From: the human T2T-CHM13v2.0 reference genome, Homo sapiens
Reading direction: 5' to 3' (one strand)
Assembly: GCF_009914755.1 (NCBI RefSeq)
Contig: NC_060941.1
Length of the DNA: 64,000 nucleotides
The position numbers and the translations under genes were made by a program. Of this stretch, positions 12,282 to 33,978 are shown piece by piece (position 1 is the stretch's first letter; each line of letters starts with the position of its first letter). The notes beneath the pieces were generated by a model. The model was given only the letters and a program-made list of their open reading frames with translations, had not been told where the DNA came from and ran no database searches.

Positions 12282-15248
12282 TTTTTTTTTTTTTGTAAAG
12301 AGAAAAAATTTTATTGTGATATAAAATGCACTTATAAAATGTCCACCAGAAGGCATGTAATTCTTCACTGCTATATAAATTTACTGGGAATATGTTATTA
12401 CTGTAAACGATGAGTTATACTCTATAACAAATGCATCACTGATTTTCAGCAATCATTGGTTTAATAATTAGTTTAAGACTATAATCACATCTATATTCTG
12501 GAATGTCCATTTACTTTAATGTAGTGTAGTGGAATTTAGAGTATAATTGCACATAGATGGTACAGAAAAACATTCACTTCTAAATTATTGTATACCTTCA
12601 TGACAGGTAGTCTTCCTGACTGAAAATAACAGCTTCAGCTATGGTCTGCTCCAGGATTCTTAATGCAATAATTTGGGTGTATGTGTGTCTGTCTACGTGT
12701 ACACCCATGGAACAACTTATATCTTTAGTAAACAAGTGCAACATTATTCTCAGTTATTTTGCATGTTTAAATATTATAGTCTGATTATTTGTAAACAAAC
12801 AAAACCCCACACAAATACTCTAAATTCTATTTTAAAAATCTGTCAACCCATAATTATTCTAATATGCTTTACTTACTCGAACACAAATTTCTGAAAGGTG
12901 CATATATTACCTTAGATAATAAGGTTTAGAAATGAGTGCTTCACACTATGAAATGTGCATTTCCGATAAGTGATTTATGCAGCATAAAGTTTAGATCAAG
13001 AAATTACAAATCCTGGATCCCCACAGTTCATTTAGAAAATGCCTCAAAGTTATGGCTCTTGCAGCAGGTTTAACAGATTAAACATTAAGTGTTCTAGCTC
13101 CCTCTATTTCAAGTATCAAAGAAATATGAGGCTCAAAATCTCTCTAGGTTGTAACTGATAATGCAAAGCATTAGAAAACAGTTAAATGTGTTTTGAAATA
13201 CAGTATTAACTGAGATTATTAAGGTGTTTATCTACGTTAGCCTGTTAAGTACCAGGACTTTAAAGTAATTTTAAATCTGAGTATTTGCTCAGAAGTGATA
13301 AAGAACACAATTTGCCTATAAATGTATGGTTTTGGAGAAAAAAGTCAATCCTGATTTTTAAAACTCAACATTTTTTGTTTCCTTTTGAATGATATTAATT
13401 TAAATTTCAATCTGAACATAAATGTTTGGCCTCACAGAGCATTAGAAAGATAATTTACTAAGGCTGTTTAAAAGTCTTTCAATGTCATTAGAAATCCTGC
13501 AGTATAGAAAATATCTGGTACCCTTAAAGTTTCAGAGTGAGCTGATCTGCAATTTTAATGCTATTAAAAAAAAAGTCAAATATAAAAGACTGCTGCAATA
13601 TAAAGCACTATTTCTAAAAGTTGCAGACATGATCCTACAGTCTGACAGAGCTAGCACAGCTACTCGGAGTAAGCAACTTGCGGCCTTTTCCGAGGCACAC
13701 TAAGTTTCCAGCTTAGAAAATACTCTAGCCTGGTCCTTAACATATTCATTAAGTAATATGAATATTTTAAGGTCCTTCTGTCCCACAAGAAAGTAGTAAG
13801 TTTACCCTTTGAGACATCAGACTTTCTAGAGCTGGCCCAACTGTATAAAATTTTAAGAAGTATTTGAAGTGTGGAATCAACACTATGAAAACAGTGTGAC
13901 AAAATTAAACATTATGTTGAACCCTTTTCTAGCTTTAACTCAAAAATAGAAATCATGAGTCTTCTATAACATTAATTTTAAAAACACACAGAAGTGAAAA
14001 GTGCTATTTTCCAAAAAGTACAATGTTTTTCCCTACTTTATATCAACATGGAATGATTTCAGTTCTCCTGTACTAAAAGCTGGACTTTTAAAAAACCAGT
14101 ATTGCAATGTTTAATGTGACGACTTTAATCAGTAGTAGCTTCAGTTTCCGCTGGGCCCCTAATTAGTCTTCGAATTCCTCTTTTTCCTGCAGGACCTTTT
14201 GGTTTTGCAAAACTTTGCTTGTGTGCCTGCTGCTTGGGATGTACTTCTTCATAAAGGAAGTCTGCAGTCAACTCATCCCCATTGTCTATCTCGATCTTTC
14301 TAATTACATCCATTTGTAGTTGTCTTTCTACAATTTCTAGCAGAGGGCTTTTGCAGCTAGAATACAGCATCCGCTCTCTTATACTGCATGTGTATCCAGG
14401 CATTGAATAAATAAAACTATGGACTCTAAATAGTCTCCTTCATGGGAATGTTTATACAGAAAGAAATGGTAACGAGCTGAATCCTTGGGAATCCTCTTTG
14501 GCAAATCTTTCAGTTCTGTATTTGTTGTGTTGGCCAAAATTATAATTTCATTTTTTATATCTATTTCCAACTGCACATAGTTGAGCTGTCTGTTATTCAA
14601 TTTTTCCAAAGCCTGAAAGGCTTCTCGAGAAATGGGAAATGCTACTCCTTGTAGTGTTTGATGCTTAGTGTCCACACCCACGTCAGTCTGTACCTCATTG
14701 ATTTTAATCTGTCGTAATTCTTCCTCAGCTGCAGTCAGTGGGGCAGGGGAAGATTGTGACAGCAAGTATTTTTTATATCCATGTAATGATACATCTTCCT
14801 TTACTGTTCCAAATATTTCATCTTTAATGTGGCCACCTCCAAATTCCTTCTTCAGAGTTGCTCTTGTTGCTGCATACAACATTTTTTGACGAACATGAGA
14901 ATGATCTGGAGACCATGCAATGAATATCCATTCATATCCCTGGGCATTCTGAGAATCTAACCTGAATAATATATAGCATGGTTGTTTGTCCTCCAACAGG
15001 GGTAAAACAAAGGAATCATAATCCTTATCCCAGGAATCTGAAGGCTGACTATATGATCCAATCACAAGTTGCTCATTTTCAATAGATATTTTCAGAAGTC
15101 TGTACTTTCCATTTCTGGCTCTGGCAAAGATCTCTTTAACATCTTCACTTGCTTGGATGCCGGTCTGGTGGGACATGGCGGCGGCCGCTAGCTCCCGGCT
15201 CCGGCGCTGAGTGCAGCCAGCGGCCCCGGCCGGCGGCTCCAGGAAGTC
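12282..15248 (-). pseudogene. TWF1P1: Full-length processed pseudogene of twinfilin-1 (TWF1 retrocopy)
   Basis: Intronless CDS 15176-14125 translating to twinfilin-1 ([24 protein letters not shown]...[10 protein letters not shown]) with one 1-nt deletion at 14413-14416. GC-rich 5'UTR 15177-15248, ~1.8 kb 3'UTR, AATAAA at 12315-12310, poly(A) 12294-12282, and 14-bp TSD TTGTCACTACTCTT at 12270-12283 and 15249-15262. The P1 symbol is from memory. Confidence 0.97.
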
Positions 15249-15262
15249 TTGTCACTACTCTT

Positions 15263-19785
<4,523 letters not shown>

Positions 19786-20179
19786 ATACAACGTCAAACT
19801 CCACAAGGGGTAAACAACATGTTGTGACTGGCTGGAAGTCAGGGAGAATAAACATAGGCCCCATATCCTAGGAAATTGTGAAGCTCCAGTCAGCTGCGCA
19901 AAGTCACACAGCAAGGACCTTGCAGGGTCGGGAGTGGTGACTCCCCAGGTCCTCAGCAATGACAAGCCCTGTCATGCAAATCAGCTCCACTGTGGATGGA
20001 TTCCGCTCCCCTTCTAAACTCAGATCTTCTGGGGTTGCGGCAGGTTGCTAAGCAAGCATTCTCTGGGCCTTCCTAAGAGCCACATGGAAAACAGAAGCCT
20101 TCAAGAAGAGCCAAGGTCTGGAAGGAAGTTTCCCAGCTTCAGATCTTAATGTATCCTTGCCCTCCCCAAAGCCCTAGAA

Positions 20180-22040
<1,861 letters not shown>

Positions 22041-24320
22041 ATATATATAATTATATATAGTTTTTCCCATTTTATGGATGAGAAAACTGAATGTCAGAGC
22101 TGGGATTTCAATCTAGGTCTGCTGTCTCCAAAGCCTATGCCCTTTGTACTCTGCAGCCTCCAAAGGAGAGATGGTAGGACATGAAAGGCCTGTACATCTC
22201 ATGATCCCAGAAGACAAAAAAAAAAAGAGAAAAACTTGAACCAAACCCATAGACAAAACCTGCTCCAGAGCCTCATTCTCCTCCCCATCAGCAAGATGCT
22301 CCTTCAGTCTATCTTAAATCCCTCTGAGTATGGTTCTGCCTTCTGGAAACCCCCAGAGCCAGGACCACCATTCTCTTACCTGAAAGGCAGTAGTTGTCTC
22401 TGAGAGCTGGAGGTCCAAATAAATCTGCTGCCTGCTTAGGGGTACTGCAAAGCAGGGAATGTGCAGAATGTGGGCTGTTTATCCCCAGGCCTTGGGGGCC
22501 CTGCAGGAGGAAAACTCAGAAAAAGCTGGGACAAAAGCTGGGAGACACAATGGGCATCCCTCGTGCTCAAAATCCTGCCCACTCGGCACAACAGAAGCCA
22601 CGAGAATCCCCCCACTGCCAGCACTCAGGACCTAGCTGTGCCCATGGCCTGCCAGATTTGTTAAATTTGCTCCACAGGTGTGAACGCCCTGAGGGTCCTG
22701 TGTGGTCACCCGTGTGGAAGGGCAGATGAGGCCTGGCTTGGAAACCACCTGGCCCCCAAGAGATCTTGGTCTACACTGGCAGGAGTGAATCAGGAGCTGT
22801 GGCTTATCCCTCCCCAAAGCAGTTCTTTTTCCCATTTTGGTGGAAGGGGCAGCGAAGCTTGAGAATGAAGTTTAGGAGCACCTTCCCAAGAGAGGGCCAC
22901 CTTCTCCAGAAAGCCTGCCCAGCTTCTCTGGCCTTCCTGACCTCTCTCAGCATTCAAGCCTGAAACCAAGGGCCTAGGGCTCTATGGCTTCCTGTGTGAC
23001 TTTGGGCAACTCACTCTACATCTCTGGTCCTCATTTGTGTAGGAGAACCAACAAATATTGAGTGGCTTTCCAGTGCTAAACACATAAAAACTTTACATCC
23101 CTTTCCTTATTCAAATCCTCCTACCAACTCTATGAGATTGATATTAGGATCCCCTCATTGTAGCAGAGGAAACTGAGGAACAGAGAGGTTAGGTAACTTA
23201 CCTTGGGTCACACAGCTGGAATTCAAACTCAGATCTGGGTTGACTCAAACTCCATGGCTTCACATCATAAATTATACAGTACTTGACACAAGTGTAGCAG
23301 GAATGACTCCACCCTCAACTGCAGGGTATAGGAAATAGGTATTAGCTTTTGTATAACTCAGTTTAATCCCAGTCAATTTTAGTTTCCCCCTCCTTCTGCA
23401 CCAGGAAATTTTCGAAGTGTCCAAAGGCAGGGGTGGAAGCACTCTGCCTCTGTGTCATCTGCAGCTGATTAGTATCATTGTGTCATCCACTGTTCAGCTA
23501 GTCATTGGCTCACACATGGGTGTTTTTTGTTTTTTGTTTTAGAGACAATATCTCGCTCTGTCACCCAGGCTGGAGTGCAGTGCCATGATTGCAGCTCACT
23601 GTATCCTTGAACTCCTGGGCTAAAGCCATCCTCCCGTCTCAGTCTCCTGAGTAGTTGGGACTACAGATTTGTGCCACTACGCCTGGCTTCTGGTGGCTTT
23701 TTTTTTTACTACATTCATGCCAGCCTTGATGTTCCAGGATTCCAGGGAGGCAAGTTCCCATTTGCCCAGCCTCACAATGGGGCCATTCTCTTTCTGCTCG
23801 CCTAGGCTGTGGCCCCAAATACACAGTAGAGTTATTCTTGCTGGAACTCATGGCCACCTACATAGTCATCGCTTTTCCTCTGCCACCAGCCTGGAGGAAG
23901 CTTCTTTAGTTTCTAAAGGGAAGCCCACTCCCCTTAAACCTGCCCCACCCAGCTTTCACTTATGGTATTTCCTTCGACTATGTGGCCGATGTTCAGAAGC
24001 CTCTCCATTCCCCTAAAGGCTGGGTTTCTGGAGAACTAGGCCAGGAAGCAACTTTATTTCTGCAGCATCATCTTCTGAGGCAACGAGCACAGGACAGTCC
24101 AGCTCCTAGAAGAGGGGCCAGTGGTGGCCATGAAGTGTTAAAATGCCAGTAAGGGAAAAATGGGTAAGGTCCGCAAAACATCACATCAAGTTCGGGCGCA
24201 GTGGCTCACTCCTGTAATCCCAGCATTCTGTGGGGCCAAGGTGGAAGGATCACATGAGCTCAGGAATTCAAGGCCAACAAAATGAGACCTTGTTTCTACA
24301 AAAAGTAAAAAAAATAGCTA

Positions 24321-24476
<156 letters not shown>

Positions 24477-25775
24477 TCAATAACTATATCTGAACTTATT
24501 GTTATTATTATTTCTTCCAATTTCCTTTTTCTTAGAGCCAGAGATATTATAGCCTGGCAGGACTTAATAGCAATAATAATCATGGCTAATATGTGTTAAG
24601 TGCTTGTTATGGCCAGGCATTGTGATAAGCGCTTTACCTATATTATTTATTTTTATTTTTATTTTTATTTTTATTTTTATTTTGTAGACGGAGTCTTGCT
24701 CTGTCACCCAGGCTGGAGTCCAGGGGCACAATCTCAGCTCACTGCAACCTCTGCCTGGAGGTTCAAGTGATTCTCCTGCCTCAGCCTCCTGAGTAGCCAG
24801 GATTACAGGCGCCCACCACCATGCGCAGCTAATTTTTGTATTTTTAGTAGAGACGGGGTCTCACCATGTTGGTCAGGCTGATCTCGAACTCCTGACCTCA
24901 GGTGATCTGCCCGCTCGGCCTCCCAAAGTGCTGGGATTACAGGTGTGAGCCACCATGCCCGGCCAATATTATTTCATTTAATGCTCATAAAAGTCCTACA
25001 AGGCACTTATGATCCTCATTTTAAGAGGAAGCTGATCCTCAGAGGGCAAAATCATCTTGCATGAGGTCATCCAATCACTGAGCCACACCATTCAGATGCA
25101 CCACAAGACTCGGCAGTGTTCCTCAGGCTGCCCAGTCACCAGCATCGGGAACCGCTGTCCATGAGCAAGTAGATGGGACGGGTGCCTCCCTGGATGAGGA
25201 TGTGATGAAATGCTGGCGTGAACTGGTTTTGCCATGCAGAAGCAGGAAGATGGCTAGGAAAGACTTAATGTCTTACCTAGCCATCTTCCTTCCAAGGATC
25301 AAAAGGTCCAACTGTAGGTCCTTCAGCCAGGTTGGCCCACCTGTCAATGGCTTCCCAGCCCACACTCAGAAGCGTTGCCCAGGGTTCTAGGCTGGGGCCA
25401 CCTCCTGCCTGTCTTCCCTCTTTTCTGGAAGATGCTAGGAAAGTACTGCCCTAATCCAGGGTCCCCTCATTCACCCAGAAGTGACTGTGGGTACAAGGAA
25501 GTGGGTGGCACCACCAACAGGTGGAACAGGTGCCAGGAGTATAGTCCTGGGAGGTGACAGGGCAGGCCTGGGACCAGAAGCTGCAAATTCCTAGTCCATC
25601 TACTGCCTGGATGCTCCTGAGCTGATATTAAAGGCCCGGGGCACTATCACTTCCTGTGTGACTTTGGGCAGCTCACTCTACCTCTCTGGTCTTCATTTGT
25701 GTAACAGAACCAACAAATATTGAATGACTTTCCAGTGCTAAACACATATAAACTTTACATTACACACACACACAT

Positions 25776-26372
25776 GCTGTGACAGAGTTAACCTTCCTCT
25801 AATATGAGATTCCTCTTCTTCTATAGTAATTGGACTTTTATTTATACCTAGGCAATGTCTGCCCAGAATAAAGACTTTATTTTTTCCAGCCTTCTTTTCA
25901 GCTAGGTATGGCCATGCGACTACTCCCTGGTCAACAAGGATAAACGTTGTGTTGGTAAGTGCATCTTCCGGGCAAGGCTCAGCTGGATAATTTTTTTACT
26001 CCTTGTGCCATTGACTGAGGTCACTTGGTGGAGTTTAGCTGGTACACGGGTTGGCTCGGAGGGTCCATGACGGCTTCACTCATGTCTGGCATGCTGGCAG
26101 GGGCAGCTGGAAGGCTCAGCCAGAACTGCGAATTGGAACATCCACATGTGGCCTCTCCAGCTCTCGGGAGAGTTGGACTTTCTTACATGGCAGCCCAGGC
26201 TTCGGGAGCAAGTATTTCAGCGATCAAAGTAGATGCTCTATGGCCTGTTACAACTGAGCCTCAGAAGGTACTTGCCATCACTTCTGCCTATGCTAATAGA
26301 CCTACTGTTTGGGTCAAGGCAGTCACAAGTCCACCAACATTTAAGGAGAAGGGACAGAGAACACTTAGAAAC

Positions 26373-26421
<49 letters not shown>

Positions 26422-26995
26422 TGACATAGACTACTAACCTTCCCCTAATATGAGATTCTTTTTCTCCTATAGTAATTGAACCTTTTATTTATAGCTCAGT
26501 GAGGCTGAGTCTCTCACTGACCAACTGCTCAATGAGAGAAGTGTCAAAGAATTTGCAACCTGCTGGGTGCAGTTGCTCATGCTTGTAGTCCTAGCACTTT
26601 GGAAGGTCAAGGTGGGAGGACCACTTGAGGCCAGGAAGTCAAGACCAGCCTGCGCAACAAGGCAAGACCCCATCTCTGCCAAAAATAAGAAAAATTAGTC
26701 ATGTGTGGTGACGCAAACCTGTAGTCGCAGGTTCTCACGGGCTGAGGCCAGGAGGGTGGCTTGAGTCCAGGAGTTGGAGGCTGCAGTGAGCTGTGATTAT
26801 GCCACTGCACTCCAGCCTGGGTGACAGAGCAAGACCCTGTCTCAAAAAAAGAAACACACACACACAAGACACCACAGCAATCCTGGACCACTTGGGTCTG
26901 GACCTTAAGTCAGAGAAAAATAAACTTCCATTTTGTTAAAGCCACCACTCCCTTGGTTGTCTGTCACTCACGGCCAAATGCAATCCCAACAGAAA
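25776..26995. mobile_element. Old MLT1-type (ERVL-MaLR) LTR fragments with a (CA)n at 26376-26418 and an AluJ at ~26561-26850
   Basis: Motifs ccacatgtggcctctccagc, cttacatggcagcccag and agagaaaaataaacttccattttgttaaagccac are typical of MLT1. Confidence 0.55.
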
Positions 26996-28090
26996 CACAC
27001 ATATGCACAGACAAGCACATGCATACACACATACTCTCAATGACAGTGCACGCGGCCCACAAGACACAAGGAGAGACGTAAATGTTGAAATCTCACTAGG
27101 TTAGGAGTATTCATCTACTCACATGAACTCATACCACACACCAGTTTCAGGAGCTGTCCTTCCCCGAGGTTCACATCTCACTCCGCACTTCCCCTGCCAC
27201 AACCCTCACTGTGGTATATTATAATTAGAATATACTTGTCCATATCACCCTTCCCCTGGTCAACCCTTGGACCCCATCTGTCTTGTTCATCATCATTCAT
27301 TTAGCACCAAGCACAGGACTTCAATCGACATTTGACCAGGTTTGTATTTTACAAACAGCCTGCAGGTGACACTTTGAGCTGCTGGGGACTAGAGTCTGAG
27401 TGTAATGAGACTGATGAGGAGCCTGCCTGGATGTGAGGAGACCCTGAACTGGAGCCTCAGTACTGGAGACGGGGATGAAATGGAGAGAGCAGGAGGTGGG
27501 ATTGACAGGCATTGGGAGTGATTGGGGGGCGAGGGAGAAGTAGGAGTCAAGGAGCGCACCCAGATTTCTAATCTGGACGATGCAATAACAAATGGTGGCA
27601 CTCTTTGCTGACAGCAGAAACAAGGGGGGAGCAGAAGACTCAGGAGAAGGTAACAAGCTCAGTTTTGCCTATCTGTATTTCAAATGCCTGGGGGGCCATC
27701 CAGGTGGACTCATGCAGGAGGCAGCTAGACGGTTGGATGGAACAAAAGACTAGTGAAGACATGACCACGCTTTCTGAAACATTCCCATGCAAGTCATTCA
27801 TTGTCCAGACAAAGTGTTGGAGGAAGCGGGGTGCAGGGCAGGGCCCTGGGTTGGAAGTTGACAGACCCACATTCCCTTCGCCACTACTACCTGATGTGTC
27901 ATCTTGATGGGCAAGGGACACTGCCTTCTGGCTTGTACTTTTCTACTTAGTTGTAAAAATGAGAAGCCTGCCTCAAACCTCTGTGTTTCCTTCTAGCTCT
28001 CAGATGCTATGGCTAAATATTTGAAATATTTGCAGGCCTACCCTCTGCAGGCTACTGGGCTGGGCCCTGACCCCATTTCCACTTCTCTCA

Positions 28091-28127
28091 AACAACAACA
28101 ACAACAACAACAACAACGACAACAACC
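28091..28127 (+). repeat. (CAA)n microsatellite
   Basis: Seen directly; source of the polyQ and polyC ORFs. Confidence 0.95.
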
Positions 28128-28536
28128 ACCAAAAAGCAGGTCAACTGCAGGAGGAAACTGGGAGGTGAAACACACTGTAAGCTCCTCTGCTCCAAACTGC
28201 TCTTCTTTTTCCCCATTCCCTGCACCAAGGTCTCTGTCCACCCAATACACCAGAATGCCCTCCTTAGGTCTCCAGGCCCCTCCAGCTACTCCCAACAACT
28301 ATTTCCCAAAAGACCAACTAGGAATAAAAATTATCCCCATTCCTCCCCTTTGTGTCACACTTTACATTTCTACTTTCTCCAGTATAAATGATATTTACTG
28401 CACGGGAACCATATGGTAGGCACCATGCCAGGCTCTGGGATGAAGACCACACAGACCCTACCCTCAAAAAAGCAGGGAAGAGAGTTAGCAATGTAATTCG
28501 AGGTGAATGAACCACACAGGGGCTGTAGGAACATAG

Positions 28537-29827
<1,291 letters not shown>

Positions 29828-30294
29828 TCATTCTAAGCTCTCTAGATGGATTGATTCGTTTATTACTCACAACATACCTGAGAGTTAGGTTTTTATGTTC
29901 CCCTAATATGACAATATTGAGTCTTAGGTTAATTGACTTGCCTGAGGTCACACAGTTAACACAATACTGAATACAGGTAGTCCAAATAAAGAGCCATGAG
30001 CGTGGGGGGGAATTGCCTGGAGGCCTTAACATATGATTTCTATACCCTACCCTCAGAAAGTCTGATTCTCTCGGCCTGAAGTGAACAAGCTGGAATTTGC
30101 ATTTTAGCCATGCACCCTAGGTGATTATGGTTTGGTGGCTATCGGACCACTCTCTGAAAAAACCCAGTTCGAATGTACCTTTTTTCTCAATTCAGAGTTT
30201 TCTGGCACAATCCCTCCCTTCCTTGGGACTCCCTGTCCTTAAGGGACCCCGCTTTCCGGAGTCTGCTGGGAATAAGGGTACTCTGGAAACGGAC

Positions 30295-30313
30295 GTATGC
30301 CCCCTGGTGGTCA
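30295..30313 (-). promoter_or_regulatory. Candidate CTCF binding site
   Basis: Minus strand reads TGACCACCAGGGGGCATAC, close to the CTCF core consensus TGGCCACCAGGGGGCGCTA, in a locally CpG-retaining unique patch. Confidence 0.65.
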
Positions 30314-30982
30314 GAAATTAGAGGCTAGGCGCTGCAGCCAGCAGGGTCCCGTCAACCGCACAAATTTGTGAACTTTTCTAGAATTTCGTTCAGCCAGTAT
30401 TACTGAGGTGCCACTATGGGCCAGCACTGAGCCATTGTAATACACAGCACATTGGAGAGAAAGAAGACTTCTGGGGACAGAATTTTTCAAGGTGACTGCT
30501 CACCTATTTTCATCCGTGGATACAAAGGCATCAGTTTCAAGCTGCAATTGGACAAATTTCACCTGGTCTAAGTATTCGTATCTGGCAACATATAGCTCTG
30601 ATCTTAGGTCTTTAGGAGGCTGAAAAAGAGTTTTTTGAAAAAGGCTGAGTCCACCCTCGGGAAGGAAACACAGGAGCATGTATATTTGCAGGGCTCCAAG
30701 GCTTTGTAGTCAGGCTGTTCCAGCTCTGTTACTTCAGGCTCTGGGACCCGGGAGCAGTTATTTCATCTTTCTAAGCTGCAGCTGCTTCACCTGAACTATG
30801 TGAATAATAACAACACCTGTCTCAAAGGTTTGTGTGATGAAATGGTCTCTTAGTGCCTGGCACAAGATAAACGTTCAAAAAAGTTGTAGGTATTTTGAAA
30901 TATAATACTTTGTAGTTATATACCATAAACTATACACTATATATACCAGGGTTCTAACACCAGCCTTAATTCATTCACCTTA

Positions 30983-31451
<469 letters not shown>

Positions 31452-31886
31452 TTAGCCAGACATGGTGTCATGAACCGGTAGTCCCAGCTATACAGGAAGC
31501 TGTGGCAGGAGGATCACTTGAGCCCTGTAGTTGGAGGCAGCAGTGAGCCACTCCTGCCTGGGTGACAGACCAAGACCCCATCTAAAAAAAAGAAAAAACT
31601 CTTGATCCACTGTAGTTGAGAGACAAGATTTCCTCCAGTTTTGAATCCTCTAATATGTGATGCATAGACATCTAAACTATTCCACACTGTTGGTGGGATT
31701 GCAAGCTAGTACAACTTTGAAAAATTGTTTGATAGCGTCTGCTAAAACTGAACATATTTATGGCCCAGCAATTTATTCTTAGGTATATTCCCAAAAGAAA
31801 TGTTTACATATGTTACCCAGAAAACATAAACAAGCATGTTTATAGCAATACTATTTATAACAGCCTCCAAGTGGGGAAATATCTAA

Positions 31887-32051
<165 letters not shown>

Positions 32052-32397
32052 TAGCTGGGATTACAGGTGCCCGCCACTACGCCTGGCTAACTTTTGTATT
32101 TTAGTAGAGACGGAGTTTCACCATGTTGGCCAGGCTGGTCTTGAACTCCTGACCTCAAGTAATCGGTCCGCCTTGGCCTCCCAAAGTGCCGGGATTACAG
32201 GCATGAGATATGGCGCCCGGCCTAGATGTTTATTTTTTATTTTATTTTATTTTATTTTATTTTATTTTATTTTATTTTATTTTATTTTATTTTATTTTAT
32301 TTGAGACAGACTTTCACTCTTGTCGCTCAGGCTGCAGTGTAATGGCAGTCTCGGCTTACTGCAACCTCCACCTCCCAAGTTCATGCAATTCTCCTGA

Positions 32398-32595
<198 letters not shown>

Positions 32596-33594
32596 TAAAT
32601 TGTGGTATTTTCATAGACTAGAACACTACATGCAGTAACATGAGTAAATTTCACAAATATAATGACAAAAGAAGCCAGACACTGAAGAGTCCATACCGTA
32701 TGATTTCATTTATATAAAGTACCAAATGGTTGAAATGAAATGCCATTAGAAACTGGAATACTAATTGCCTTTAGGTGCAGAGTGGTGATTAGAGGGGGGC
32801 TAAAGGGGTTTCAGGGAGGGGATTGCCAATAATGTTCTATATCATGATCTGTGTGGCAGTTATACAAAGTGTCTGGACTTTATAAAAACTAATCAGACTG
32901 ATTGCTTATGATTTGTGCACTTTTCTATAGTATGGATTCATAGATTTCAATGAAAAGTTAGATTTTAATTAAAAGTTTACCTAAAAACTCTCCGTGAGTC
33001 CCTCATGACCAATCACAGAACACACCCAGGCCTCACTTATCATAAGCCCAGAGTCCCCCAGGGTATCAGAATCAGAAATTTAATGCCCTCTGGGGATGGG
33101 AGATGTGGCCTCAGGCCCATGAGCTGCAACCAGGTTTCCTGCTAAAAGTCAAGAACAAAAGAGTTGTCTTGTAGATAAAAACAGGTTCCAGAAAAACTGC
33201 ACCAGAGCAAAGAGCCTAGAGCCTGTGTCTGCCTAGAGCCTGTGGGTGAAAAAATCACCCCTCCAACACTGTGTCAATCAGAGGGGTGGCACCTGAGTAC
33301 ACACCAGACTTGCTGTTTGAGAAACCCAGGGCAAGAAATTAGTAAAAATCACCCACAGGCAGTGAAACTGCATAAAATACTTGCATAGAGAAATACAAAA
33401 TAGCCTCACAGGAGTTCGTCCAAAACCTAGAGAATGAGAAAGACCCTGCTCCCTGAGGAAATGAATGAAGAAACAAATGCCATCATAAACAGATGGCAGA
33501 TGCAAGGAATCAGAAAATGTGTGCGCCAGAAATCACAGATAAAAGGACAGTTTGAAAAAAATGTTTCAATTCATGAAACACAAATGCTAATTTA

Positions 33595-33978
<384 letters not shown>

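Noticed and set aside
14125-14403. 92-aa ORF as an independent gene
   Set aside because: It is the post-frameshift C-terminal part of the TWF1 retrocopy, starting at an internal Met.
28009-28419. 136-aa polyglutamine ORF
   Set aside because: The polyQ comes from a (CAA)n microsatellite; no splice signals or homology recognised.
33213-33244. Short direct repeat GCCTAGAGCCTGTG x2 (and a 22-bp duplication inside the Alu at ~38851-38890)
   Set aside because: Ordinary slippage duplications with only two copies and no array structure.
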